NCBI GenBank assembly: GCA_043766615.1
Contig: JAYUHW010000011.1
Coordinates: 1 to 55,871, forward strand
DNA: 55,871 nt
Direction of reading: 5' to 3'
Origin: Fibrobacteria bacterium
GTDB taxonomy: Bacteria > Fibrobacterota > Fibrobacteria > UBA11236
Shown: positions 27,412-36,378 of the stretch, piece after piece
Position numbering within the stretch: position 1 is the stretch's first letter
Layout of the letters: each line of letters opens with the position of its first letter
Notes under the pieces: model-generated
The model's database searches: none
What the model saw: the letters and a program-made list of their open reading frames with translations, nothing else
What the model was told of the DNA's origin: nothing
Program-made: the position numbers and the translations under genes

Positions 27412-28740
27412 TTAGCGTGCGCGAAATCTCTGAATCTCAGACTTATCGAAGATTCCCAGGTCCGTTTCAACTTCGAATTTTGCGAAATTTGAACCGCATT
27501 CCAAACGAATCCTATCAACCCCGGCAAACAATAGGTGAAGACCCGTGTAAAAGCTGGAATGAAAGTCCCGCTCCAGTAGCGCTTCATGGTTCCAGAGACT
27601 GGCGGATTCCAAGCCCAAGACCCCCTGCAATCCATAGAAGGCGCTCCATCGCCAGAGTCGAATCACTCTTTTGGATATCAGATCCGTGCGGTTTTCCAAG
27701 GTGAGAATCATTTCGCTCTTCCCTTGATAGGCATCATGGGCAAAGCCCCGCAACGTATTGATTCCGCCCACATGAAATAAATCGTAACGACCAAAGGTGC
27801 CGTCCAGATTTCCGGTTCGGAACTGGTACAAATTGGATACTTGCAAAGTGTTCCTGTCCATCCAAGCCAAATAGACACGCGAATCGGAAAGCCATTCGGT
27901 ATAATCCGATGGACCGCCCAGCCATCCCCCATTTTGGGTCAGACGCAGCTCCTGATACAGTCCATGGCGCGCATCATGATGCCGGTCGCGACTGTCCCAT
28001 AAAATGCCTCCTCCTAGCCTTGGAACCAGATCGCCTTCAGGATTGAGCAACACACGGTCCTTTGCCGCACCCCGCGTCTTTAGGTAGAAGGCCTCTCCGG
28101 CATAAAGCAGGTGAAAGGCGCCACCCAGATGATGTACCAAATCCAGTTTTGCGCGCCACGAATCTTCGTGAAAATTCTCGAATCCATTATAGCTGTTCAC
28201 TCGCAATAGGGCGAGATCATATTCAATCGGCAACCCTGCCAATTGTCTGGCGCTCAGGGAAGCCTGTGCTTCTGTGGTACCACCAAAACGGCTTATGAAT
28301 TCCGCCCTAATCCCCTGACCCAGGAAATTCAAGGACGCCAAAGCCGGCCCCAAACTCAGGCCATCTTGTTCGGTTTTCGATATGGCTATAAACGGAATAT
28401 AGGGAGGCAATTCCCGAAATAGATACGTCAGGGACACGGAGCTATCGGAAATACTTTGCTTCAGTTCCACATCTGCGAAAATATCCAGGTCCAGCAGTTT
28501 TTCCCGCTCCGCCTCCCACTTGGCGCAGCGGAACGGGGAACCCACTTGATTGCCGAGTTCCCGCAATATCAGAGCATGTGATGTCGTATGAACGCCTTTA
28601 AAATCCACACTGCGCACAGGCATGGATTCCGCTTCCTGGCAAGCAGCGGCTAAACTAGGCTCGGCACAAAGAACCGTTGAGGCACAAAGTGAGATGGCCA
28701 AGGCGAGGAAATGAGTTTGAAAAAAATTTCCTCTGCGCAT
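27412..28740 (-). CDS. Omp85/BamA-TamA family outer-membrane protein with one POTRA-like domain
   Basis: POTRA-like VRSVDFKGVHTT..ILREL..LDLDIF; NFLGQG; WDSRD; GGINTLRGF. Confidence 0.82.
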   Translation of the reverse strand: MRRGNFFQTHFLALAISLCASTVLCAEPSLAAACQEAESMPVRSVDFKGVHTTSHALILRELGNQVGSPFRCAKWEAEREKLLDLDIFADVELKQSISDSSVSLTYLFRELPPYIPFIAISKTEQDGLSLGPALASLNFLGQGIRAEFISRFGGTTEAQASLSARQLAGLPIEYDLALLRVNSYNGFENFHEDSWRAKLDLVHHLGGAFHLLYAGEAFYLKTRGAAKDRVLLNPEGDLVPRLGGGILWDSRDRHHDARHGLYQELRLTQNGGWLGGPSDYTEWLSDSRVYLAWMDRNTLQVSNLYQFRTGNLDGTFGRYDLFHVGGINTLRGFAHDAYQGKSEMILTLENRTDLISKRVIRLWRWSAFYGLQGVLGLESASLWNHEALLERDFHSSFYTGLHLLFAGVDRIRLECGSNFAKFEVETDLGIFDKSEIQRFRAR

Positions 28741-28757
28741 GGCCGGTAATCGCTAAA

Positions 28758-29936
28758 TCAAGTCTTGAACTTGGTCCACTTCTTTGTGCTCTTATTGCTC
28801 TCCAATGCCGTTTCAATAAAGCACATGCCGCGCAAACCCTCATTGACACTTGGAAAATCCAAAGCCAACTTGTCGGGCTTGGTTCCCAAAATGTGAGCGG
28901 CAACCGTATCCGTAAAGTTCAGATAAACATTGGCGAAGGCTTCCAAAAAGGCTTCGGGATGACCAAAGGGTAGCCTGGAAGCGCGGGCTGCTGCTGGGCT
29001 TTTTTGACCGATGTAATCATTGCCGCGACGCCAAACTTGAACGGGTGCATTGATATTCTTGACGTGCAGATAATTGGGATTTTCCTGATGCCATTCCAGG
29101 CTTCCTTTATCACCATATACCCAAATGGCCAGGCCATTCTCCTCGCCGATGGAAATTTGGCTGGCGTACAACACGCCCTTTGCGCCATTTTCAAACTTGA
29201 GCAGGAGGTTGCAGTCATCATCCAGTTGTCGACCCGGTACAAAAATATTGAGGTCTGCACACATATGCGTGGCCTTAAGTCCCGTTATGTATTCAGCCAA
29301 ATTCTCGGCATGCGTGCCGATGTCACCCACGCAACCGGCTCCACCGCTTTGCTTAGGATCTGTGCGCCAAGCGGCTTGCATGCTGCCGGTCTTTTCCAAT
29401 GCCGTGGCCAACCAGCCCTGCGGATAGATGGCAACGACCTTGCGTACGTTTCCAATGTCGCCTTGGCTGACCATATCACGCGCCAGCTTCACCATGGGAT
29501 ATCCCGTGTAGTTGTGGTTTAGGCAGAACACCAGGCCTGATTTTTTGACCAGTTTTTGAAGCTCCTTGGCGTCTTTGACGCTGGTGGTCATTGGCTTTTC
29601 GCAATGTACGTGAAATCCGGCTTTGATGAAATCCCGAGCAATGGGAAAGTGCCAATTGTTGGGCGTGGTGATGACAACGAAATCGATGCGTTCCCCTTCG
29701 GGGAGTTTTTTCTCGTTCGCGATCATTTCCTTATAATCGGAATAGACACGCTTGGGATCCATTTTAAGACTTGCGCCCATCTGATGGGAACGCTCTGGAT
29801 TGATATCAAAAGAACCGGCCACCAATTCGATTCGACCATCGAGTCCAGCTGCCTTGCGATGGACATTGCCGATGAATGCGCCAGGACCGCCCCCGACCAT
29901 TCCCATTTTCAGTTTTCTGTTAAGTTTGTCGTACAT
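28758..29936 (-). CDS. Gfo/Idh/MocA family oxidoreductase
   Basis: GMVGGGPGAFIGNVH, ITTPNNWH, CEKPM, DIGTH, GHPEAFLEAFAN. Confidence 0.93.
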   Translation of the reverse strand: MYDKLNRKLKMGMVGGGPGAFIGNVHRKAAGLDGRIELVAGSFDINPERSHQMGASLKMDPKRVYSDYKEMIANEKKLPEGERIDFVVITTPNNWHFPIARDFIKAGFHVHCEKPMTTSVKDAKELQKLVKKSGLVFCLNHNYTGYPMVKLARDMVSQGDIGNVRKVVAIYPQGWLATALEKTGSMQAAWRTDPKQSGGAGCVGDIGTHAENLAEYITGLKATHMCADLNIFVPGRQLDDDCNLLLKFENGAKGVLYASQISIGEENGLAIWVYGDKGSLEWHQENPNYLHVKNINAPVQVWRRGNDYIGQKSPAAARASRLPFGHPEAFLEAFANVYLNFTDTVAAHILGTKPDKLALDFPSVNEGLRGMCFIETALESNKSTKKWTKFKT

Positions 29937-30030
29937 GATTCTCTCCGGAGTGGGTTAAAAGCAAAGGTTAATGGGCCGTATTTTCAAATCAAGGTAAAAA
30001 CTTACTCATTTATTTGGTTCGATCAATACC

Positions 30031-31452
30031 CTAAACATTCAGCCATTCCGTATGGAAAGAACCTGGCTTATCCACACGCTCATAGGTATGCGCGCCAAAA
30101 TAATCGCGCTGGGCTTGAAGCAAATTGGCGGGCAGGCTGGCGGTCCGATACTGATCATAATAGGCCAAGGCAGAACTAAAGGCCGGAATAGCGATACCGT
30201 TTTTGGATGCCTCGGATACAGCCAGACGCCAATTGGATTGACCTTTGCGTATCACATCGGTAAAGTACGGGGCTAGAATTAAATTAGCCAGGCCCGGTTC
30301 CGTGTCAAAAGCCTTCTTGATTTCTTCCAAGAACTGGGCCCGAATAATGCATCCACCACGCCAGAGCATGGCTATTTGACCGTATTTGAGATCCCAGTTG
30401 TATTCTTTAGCGGCACCGCGTAGAAGTTGATAACCCTGCGCATACGACATGATTTTGGAGGCGTACAAGGCATCATGGATAGCAGGTAGGAATGTGGCTT
30501 TATCCAGATTGAAAGTTAAGGCCGGCCCGGGAAGCTTAGCAGATGCCGCCACGCGTTCCTCTTTCATGGAGCTGAGGCTTCTGGCCACTACCGCTTCCAT
30601 CATGGTGGGGATAGGAATGCCCAAGTCCATGGCGTTTTGTGAAGTCCATTTGCCGGTGCCTTTTTGGCCAGCACGATCGAGAATAATATCGACAATATAT
30701 TTTCCGGTTTCCGAATCTTTTTTAGTCAAGATATCTCGTGTGATTTCGATCAAGTAGGAATTCAACGGACCCTTATACCATTCAGCGAATACCTCTCCGA
30801 TTTCCGGCGCCGTCATTTTAAGGAGCACCTTCATCATGAAATAGGCTTCACAAATCAGCTGCATATCACCGTATTCAATGCCATTGTGGATCATTTTGAC
30901 ATAATGCCCAGCGCCGTCAGCGCCTACCCACTCGCAGCAAGGAATGTCATTATTGGGACCGACCTTGGCAGCTATGGCTTGGAAAATAGGTTTGAGATCC
31001 GGCCATGCGGAAGTCGAACCACCGGGCATGATGGATGGGCCTTTCAAAGCCCCCTCTTCCCCACCGGAGACGCCAACGCCAAGGAAACGCAACCCTTTTT
31101 GTTCTAACGCTTTGGTTCGACGCACGGAGTCGGGGAAATAAGAATTGCCACCGTCGATGAGAATGTCGCCTTTATCCAACAAGGGTACAAGCTGATCGAT
31201 TAAATCGTCCACGGCTTTTCCTGCCTTGACCATCATCATGATTTTACGAGGCGATTTGAGCGATGTCACCAACTCCTGAAGGGAATGGGCTCCAACTAGC
31301 TTTTTGCCTTTACCCCGACCCTGTACAAGCTCATCGACCTTGGCAACGGTTCGATTGAATACCGCCACGGTAAAGCCACGGCTTTCCATGTTTAGGACCA
31401 GGTTTTCTCCCATTACTGCCAGGCCGATAAGGCCGATATCCGCTTGTGCCAT
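30031..31452 (-). CDS. gnd: NADP-dependent 6-phosphogluconate dehydrogenase
   Basis: IGLAVMG, GVSGGEEGALKGPSIMPGG, GHYVKMIHNGIEYGDMQ, QKGTGKW, WRGGCIIR, QAQRDYFGAHTY. Confidence 0.98.
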   Translation of the reverse strand: MAQADIGLIGLAVMGENLVLNMESRGFTVAVFNRTVAKVDELVQGRGKGKKLVGAHSLQELVTSLKSPRKIMMMVKAGKAVDDLIDQLVPLLDKGDILIDGGNSYFPDSVRRTKALEQKGLRFLGVGVSGGEEGALKGPSIMPGGSTSAWPDLKPIFQAIAAKVGPNNDIPCCEWVGADGAGHYVKMIHNGIEYGDMQLICEAYFMMKVLLKMTAPEIGEVFAEWYKGPLNSYLIEITRDILTKKDSETGKYIVDIILDRAGQKGTGKWTSQNAMDLGIPIPTMMEAVVARSLSSMKEERVAASAKLPGPALTFNLDKATFLPAIHDALYASKIMSYAQGYQLLRGAAKEYNWDLKYGQIAMLWRGGCIIRAQFLEEIKKAFDTEPGLANLILAPYFTDVIRKGQSNWRLAVSEASKNGIAIPAFSSALAYYDQYRTASLPANLLQAQRDYFGAHTYERVDKPGSFHTEWLNV

Positions 31453-31507
31453 ACTTGTCAGATGCTCCTCTTTATTGAGAAAATGTCCACCGCCCTAAGG
31501 CGAAGGT

Positions 31508-31532
31508 AAGTTACCAAAGTTACATAAGTTAC
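31508..31532. promoter_or_regulatory. Three AAGTTAC direct repeats in the divergent gnd/degP intergenic region
   Basis: AAGTTAC at 31508, 31517 and 31526 (9-nt period). Confidence 0.4.
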
Positions 31533-31630
31533 CGGAACCTGTGGATGGAAATGCCTGGAGATGGAACTGACCATGCTGACTTTGTAAATTGTCCACCATG
31601 ATTGCAAATTCGACGAAAGGAAAACGTACC

Positions 31631-33190
31631 ATGAAAACCTATCGCACTGTACCCGCATTTTTGTTCTTAGGATTGCTCACAGGAGCGCTATCTGGAACCC
31701 CGGCTTTTTGCAAGGACTCCAAAGAGGAGGCTAGGCCCAAACGTGGCAGCATTGACCTGGGAAAAGGAAAGCCCGCGCAAAGTGATCAGGCCAAAATTGA
31801 TTTGCTCAACGGCGTTTTCACAAAGGTAGTGGAAGCGGTTGCCCCAAGTGTCGTCAGTGTCAATACCGAAAAAAGATGGACGGAGAAAGAAAGACAGTTC
31901 AATCATCCTTTCTTTGAATTCTTCGGTCAACCTCAGCAGCCCGGAGCACCCGAAGACAATTCTCCCAAACGCAACATTCCCTTGGGTGGAGGATCGGGAT
32001 TTATCGTTTCCAAGCTGGGCTATGTTTTTACGAATGCCCATGTGGTTGAAGGCGCAGACATCATTAAGGTCAGCCTTCTCAATAAAAAAACCTATGTCGC
32101 CAAAGTTGTCGGTGTGGACAAGAAAGCCGATGTAGCTGTTCTAAAAATCCAGGCTAAAGCCGAGGATCTACCCGTGATCGCTTTTGGTGATTCCAAAAAA
32201 GTTGCCACCGGTGAATGGGTAATGGCTATCGGCAATCCGTTCGCATTACAAAATACGGTTACAGCCGGAATTATTTCCGCAAAAGGTCGGCGCGACCAAG
32301 TACAACAAGGCGATGCGTACCAGGACTTTATTCAAACCGATGCGGCTGTGAATCCTGGCAATTCCGGTGGGCCGTTAGTAAACCTAAAGGGCGAAGTCGT
32401 GGGCATCAATTCAAGCATCTATACCCGCACGGGTGGGTATATGGGAGTGAGCTTCGCCATTCCCATCAACATGGCTGTAAAAGTAGCGGAAGATCTGATT
32501 TATGAAGGGAAAGTCACTCGCGGATACCTGGGCATAGGCATCGACAATGTTTCTGAAAATCTAGCCGATGCTTTAGGATTGCAGAATACACAAGGCTGTC
32601 TGGTGCGTGAGGTGATTAAGAATGGTCCAGCCGCCAAAGGGGGACTCAAGGAGGGAGACATCATTTTAACGGTCAACAATGCCACAGTTCAGGACGCGGC
32701 CGATCTTCGCAATCTAGTGGCCGATCTCAAGCCCAACGAAAAATACAATTTCGATATCCTAAGGGATGGCAAACGCACCTCGATTGGAATTAAAATTGGA
32801 GCCAAACCGGAAGAAAATGAAGCTTCCGGTGACGACGCCATTTCCTCGCCTGAACCGGAAGAAGAAGGGGGTAGTTACTTCTCCAAAAAACTTGGCATTC
32901 ATTTTGGAACTTTAGATAAGGATGCGAGAGTCAAATATTCCATCCCCGATGATCAATCAGGATTGGTCATAACAGGAATCGCCGATGGCTCCCCTGCCGC
33001 AGAAAATAGTCTGGTAGAAGGAATGGTTTTGTCCAACTACAAGCGTCAAACGGATGGAGGGTTTATAAAAGTGGAAGATCCCAAGAAGCTGCTGAATGTG
33101 TTGAAGTCCTTGAAGAACGGGGAGAAAATAGCCTTCAAAGTGTATTTCAAAGGTCGCACGGATTTCATTGCGCTGCAGGCTGAGGAGTAG
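31631..33190 (+). CDS. degP: DegP/DegQ (HtrA, Do) periplasmic serine protease with PDZ domains
   Basis: GSGFIV, TNAHVV, DVAVLKI, IQTDAAVNPGNSGGPL, RGYLGI PDZ; signal peptide from ATG 31631. Confidence 0.93.
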   Translation: MKTYRTVPAFLFLGLLTGALSGTPAFCKDSKEEARPKRGSIDLGKGKPAQSDQAKIDLLNGVFTKVVEAVAPSVVSVNTEKRWTEKERQFNHPFFEFFGQPQQPGAPEDNSPKRNIPLGGGSGFIVSKLGYVFTNAHVVEGADIIKVSLLNKKTYVAKVVGVDKKADVAVLKIQAKAEDLPVIAFGDSKKVATGEWVMAIGNPFALQNTVTAGIISAKGRRDQVQQGDAYQDFIQTDAAVNPGNSGGPLVNLKGEVVGINSSIYTRTGGYMGVSFAIPINMAVKVAEDLIYEGKVTRGYLGIGIDNVSENLADALGLQNTQGCLVREVIKNGPAAKGGLKEGDIILTVNNATVQDAADLRNLVADLKPNEKYNFDILRDGKRTSIGIKIGAKPEENEASGDDAISSPEPEEEGGSYFSKKLGIHFGTLDKDARVKYSIPDDQSGLVITGIADGSPAAENSLVEGMVLSNYKRQTDGGFIKVEDPKKLLNVLKSLKNGEKIAFKVYFKGRTDFIALQAEE

Positions 33191-33201
33191 GGAATCCCTG
33201 T

Positions 33202-33425
33202 CCTGGGTTTGGGGCTGACTCTCCGGGGCGATGGCTGCGGCGGGTCGGCGTGGGTTCGCTGTGGTCTGGTTGGACGAGCGGCTGGTCGATGCCCTGGGGA
33301 TTCTGCTCACGCCCGCTTGGGTTGATTGGTTTGGGTCTTTCGGTTTGCGGGCGCGAGCCCAGGCCGCTCGTCCCCGCCTTGGCCGCCTTCGCCAAATGCC
33401 CCGGAGAGTCAGCCCCAAGCCCAGG
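33202..33425. repeat. GC-rich nested inverted-repeat element (long hairpin; MITE/REP-like or structured RNA)
   Basis: 28-bp arms 33202-33229 / 33398-33425 (one G.U); inner stems 33272-33282 / 33363-33373 (11/11) and 33305-33316 / 33347-33358 (11/12). Confidence 0.8.
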
Positions 33426-33463
33426 GGAGCGATGGTTCACTTGGTGCGGACCAGGGATGGGGA

Positions 33464-33598
33464 GGGGATGAATGCGGGGATGAATGCGGGGATGAATGCG
33501 AAGAGCGCGCGGAAGAACGCGCAAGAGAGGGCAGAGAGGGCAGAGAGGCGGCGGAGGAGAACGGGGAGTGACGGTGGAGGAGATTGGGGAGTGACGGC
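33464..33598 (+). repeat. Purine-rich short tandem repeats
   Basis: GGGGATGAATGC x3 (33464-33499); AGAGAGGGC x2 plus a partial copy (33524-33549); 23-nt GGAGGAGAwyGGGGAGTGACGGy x2 (33553-33598). Confidence 0.9.
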
Positions 33599-33807
33599 AC
33601 TATTTCTTGAATAGGGAAGGCGTGCACTCATCAAAGCAAAAGCCACACATGCCGTCCAGTACATGGTCAATGTGATTGGAGTGGATGGATTTCGCATTCA
33701 CGATGGCATGAACTTCCACAGTATATTGACTTACGGCTTGTCGCGTAAGGTCTTGCAGGTTTTTTGCAATGGCGAAAATGGGTGCGGTTGGAAATGAAGG
33801 TTGCGAA

Positions 33808-36252
33808 TTATAGCAGCAGCCTTCCCTCGAATCCGAACATAATGAAGAGCCCCATGCCTTTTGTAACCACGGGTCGCAAGTCCCCTTCGTAGTTGGCGCG
33901 GGTCCAGCCGCGGCGGCGGCGGTTGTCTCCGCCTAGCCACATGAAAGCGGCGCTGTTGGCATCGGCGAAAATATTATCGGCTTCGAAGAAGAAGCGCATG
34001 CCGTCCAGCGGTCTCCAGTGGCTTTTAAGATCGAGATTGATGCGCAGGTCGGTGCGTTGTCGGGAGACTGTGGGAAAATCTCGGCTGGGTTGGATGGTTC
34101 TCTGCAAGGTGGTTTGGTTTTTGCTTAAATCGTACAGCCCGTCGTATTCATATAGCGGTGCGCCGTTGTTGACTCCGTAGGTTAGGATAAAACTGAGAAG
34201 GGAATCACGGCGGGGCACAACGCGCAAATTGGAAACTAAATCCAAGGTTCGATTGGCTTCCCAGGGTAAATAAGCGTCGTTTTTTAGGTGGTATTCGCCC
34301 TGAACTATAGAGGCGTTTACATTCATACCGAAATGATGACTTGGTAGCCACATAGCGGTGACATTGCCACCATTGGCATAGGCGAAATCGGATACTTGGG
34401 TTTCGGCATAATTCCAGTAGACTTCTGGCGCAGGCAGCCGCGGGTCTTTATAAACTCTACTGTACAGGCTGGCTGTAAAACGCATCGCTTCCGTATGGGT
34501 TGCTTCGATTCCGATTTTCCCTTCGGCACTTGAAGTTGCAAATGCATCCAGGTGATTATGTGAATTGGGTTCCAATGCGGTATTCTGGCGGATTGCAGCT
34601 TCTCCATAAGCGGTGGCATCTTTCCATACAGGCCGTGAATAGCGTACCGTTGCGAGCGGGGCTGGCGATTTCAAGCCAGCGTCTGTGCCTTTAAACGCAT
34701 CCTGATAGATTAAAGCTGCGCCGACAGCTGCATCCAGGGTTTGTTTTCCGGCAAGCTGCCACTGCAGCCGATAGAGTCCAGTTGTTAAAGCATAGTCCTG
34801 TGCCAAATCTTCTGTGGGATTTGCAGTGAGCCTAATATCCGTAAAGGTCCGATTTTCCTGAAGGTATTCCACATCCAGTCCATAGCCCATTGTAGCACCC
34901 AACAATTTTTCGTTCGCGTTCCATTGGAAAGAAGAATTGATCTGTATATCCTGAACATCCGCATTGCCAATCAGATTTTGCACAATGTTTCCATCCACAG
35001 GATACCAACGAGGGCTGGTCGTTGGATTATCGGAAGTGGGCAGTGTATCTCGAAAAGTTTCCTCGCGATTTTTTCTGAGCAATCCGAATGCATAAGTAAG
35101 GTCCCCGGTTTCATGGGGAGTCAAAGCCTCATATGTGTACATCACCCCATCCTGCGTGCCTTTAACAATTGTTTGCGCATCAGTAGCAGTCAATGTTTTG
35201 GAAACATCCTGGTTCACCTCGTATGTATCATCCAGGCCCATCACACTGTGCCGCGCATAGGCCCCGGTGGAGTCTCGATAAAAAGTTCCGACATAGGTAT
35301 CCATGGTTCGGAATTTAAAGGCGTCCTTTAAATCTTTACAAGTCAGAGCGGAATCACAGGGTTTGCCCTGGTTCTTAAGCCGGGAATCTTTGGAGTCTGT
35401 GAAGAATTTTTGACCGAGATTGGCAAGAAAGGTAGGCTCAAGATAACGGCCGCTTAACAAAAAAGTACGTCCACCCCAGTAACCGGTCATGTTGAGCTCG
35501 CGGTTTACGGTGCCGAAAACAATGTCACCGGTAATATTGTTGGGGTCGCCATCTTTGAGATCATACACAAGCGCGGAAGCATTGCCTTGATTGAGCGGGC
35601 CTTTGGCCAGGTTGTCGGAAACGGTGATGGATTTGAGCAGGCGTGGATTGAGAACACTTTGGTTGCCGGGAAATCCGATATCCAGATGGCGCAGGCTAGG
35701 AATACGGCTCTGCCCCAAATAGTGCGTGACATCATTGGTACGCGAGCCCCAAACGGAAATATCATTTGTGAACTCATTCATCCCCGATACGCCGGGGAGT
35801 TGCCGCAAATGGTCATTGAGGTCGATGCGCATACCTTGCATCAGTTCCAGTTCTTCCATAGTCTTGGCTTGACCAAGTTGTTTGACTTGTGCCTGTGTGG
35901 TGGTGTCCACCTCGTTGAGCTCAAGAACGTCGCTTTCCATCGACACTTCGATATCAATGAGCTCGGCTAAATCGGCCAGGTCAAGATCAAGTGTTTTATA
36001 GGTGTGTCGCTTAAAGGAAAGGACGGCACTGCGACTATTCACCGTCACGGCGAATCTACCGTTGGATTGGGAATGGCCAAGCACCTTGCCGCTGCTCATG
36101 GAAATTTCCACCTGACCGATGGGCTGGCCCTTTTCTTCGTTAAGCACTAAGCCGACCACTTCGTAGGTTTGGGATAAAACCGGGGCAACTGTGAAAATGC
36201 CCAGGACCAATACTGTCAGGGAGAATAATCGTTTTATCACCGTAAAGTCCAA
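33808..36252 (-). CDS. TonB-dependent-receptor-like outer-membrane protein with N-terminal carboxypeptidase-regulatory-like domain
   Basis: Signal peptide; VGLVLNEEKGQPI..SQSNGRF; plug-like LRQLPGV..ISVWGS; aromatic beta-strand-rich C-terminal part; TTG start after AAGGGG. Confidence 0.7.
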   Translation of the reverse strand: MDFTVIKRLFSLTVLVLGIFTVAPVLSQTYEVVGLVLNEEKGQPIGQVEISMSSGKVLGHSQSNGRFAVTVNSRSAVLSFKRHTYKTLDLDLADLAELIDIEVSMESDVLELNEVDTTTQAQVKQLGQAKTMEELELMQGMRIDLNDHLRQLPGVSGMNEFTNDISVWGSRTNDVTHYLGQSRIPSLRHLDIGFPGNQSVLNPRLLKSITVSDNLAKGPLNQGNASALVYDLKDGDPNNITGDIVFGTVNRELNMTGYWGGRTFLLSGRYLEPTFLANLGQKFFTDSKDSRLKNQGKPCDSALTCKDLKDAFKFRTMDTYVGTFYRDSTGAYARHSVMGLDDTYEVNQDVSKTLTATDAQTIVKGTQDGVMYTYEALTPHETGDLTYAFGLLRKNREETFRDTLPTSDNPTTSPRWYPVDGNIVQNLIGNADVQDIQINSSFQWNANEKLLGATMGYGLDVEYLQENRTFTDIRLTANPTEDLAQDYALTTGLYRLQWQLAGKQTLDAAVGAALIYQDAFKGTDAGLKSPAPLATVRYSRPVWKDATAYGEAAIRQNTALEPNSHNHLDAFATSSAEGKIGIEATHTEAMRFTASLYSRVYKDPRLPAPEVYWNYAETQVSDFAYANGGNVTAMWLPSHHFGMNVNASIVQGEYHLKNDAYLPWEANRTLDLVSNLRVVPRRDSLLSFILTYGVNNGAPLYEYDGLYDLSKNQTTLQRTIQPSRDFPTVSRQRTDLRINLDLKSHWRPLDGMRFFFEADNIFADANSAAFMWLGGDNRRRRGWTRANYEGDLRPVVTKGMGLFIMFGFEGRLLL

Positions 36253-36378
36253 TTGTCCCCCTTAGGCCATTCTGCTGTAAAACCCATACAAACTACTATT
36301 GTTGAAGGTCCGGGAATAGGCTCTCGCTTTATTTGGAGCCCTTTCCTTTCTAGATTTGACCACGGAGGATTACGCAAA

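Noticed and set aside
29556-30179. 207-aa plus-strand ORF
   Set aside because: Antisense to the Gfo/Idh/MocA gene and gnd; no independent support.
33464-33598. Possible CRISPR array
   Set aside because: Repeats are directly tandem with no unique spacers, and no cas genes are present.
33165-33697. Cluster of short overlapping ORFs (33165-33524, 33231-33614, 33326-33571, 33437-33697 etc.)
   Set aside because: They arise from GC-rich, stop-poor palindromic and tandem-repeat DNA; the translations are low-complexity with no recognisable motifs.
33600-33719. 39-codon minus-strand ORF (VEVHAIVN...MCGFCFDECTPSLFKK) with His/Cys residues
   Set aside because: GTG start with no RBS and too short to support; would need homologues or ribosome profiling.
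36253-36378. N-terminal extension of serS in the ORF track (similar extensions at 45601, 23422 and 15736)
   Set aside because: Conserved protein starts and RBS positions point to downstream ATGs (36379, 45721, 23284, 15844).
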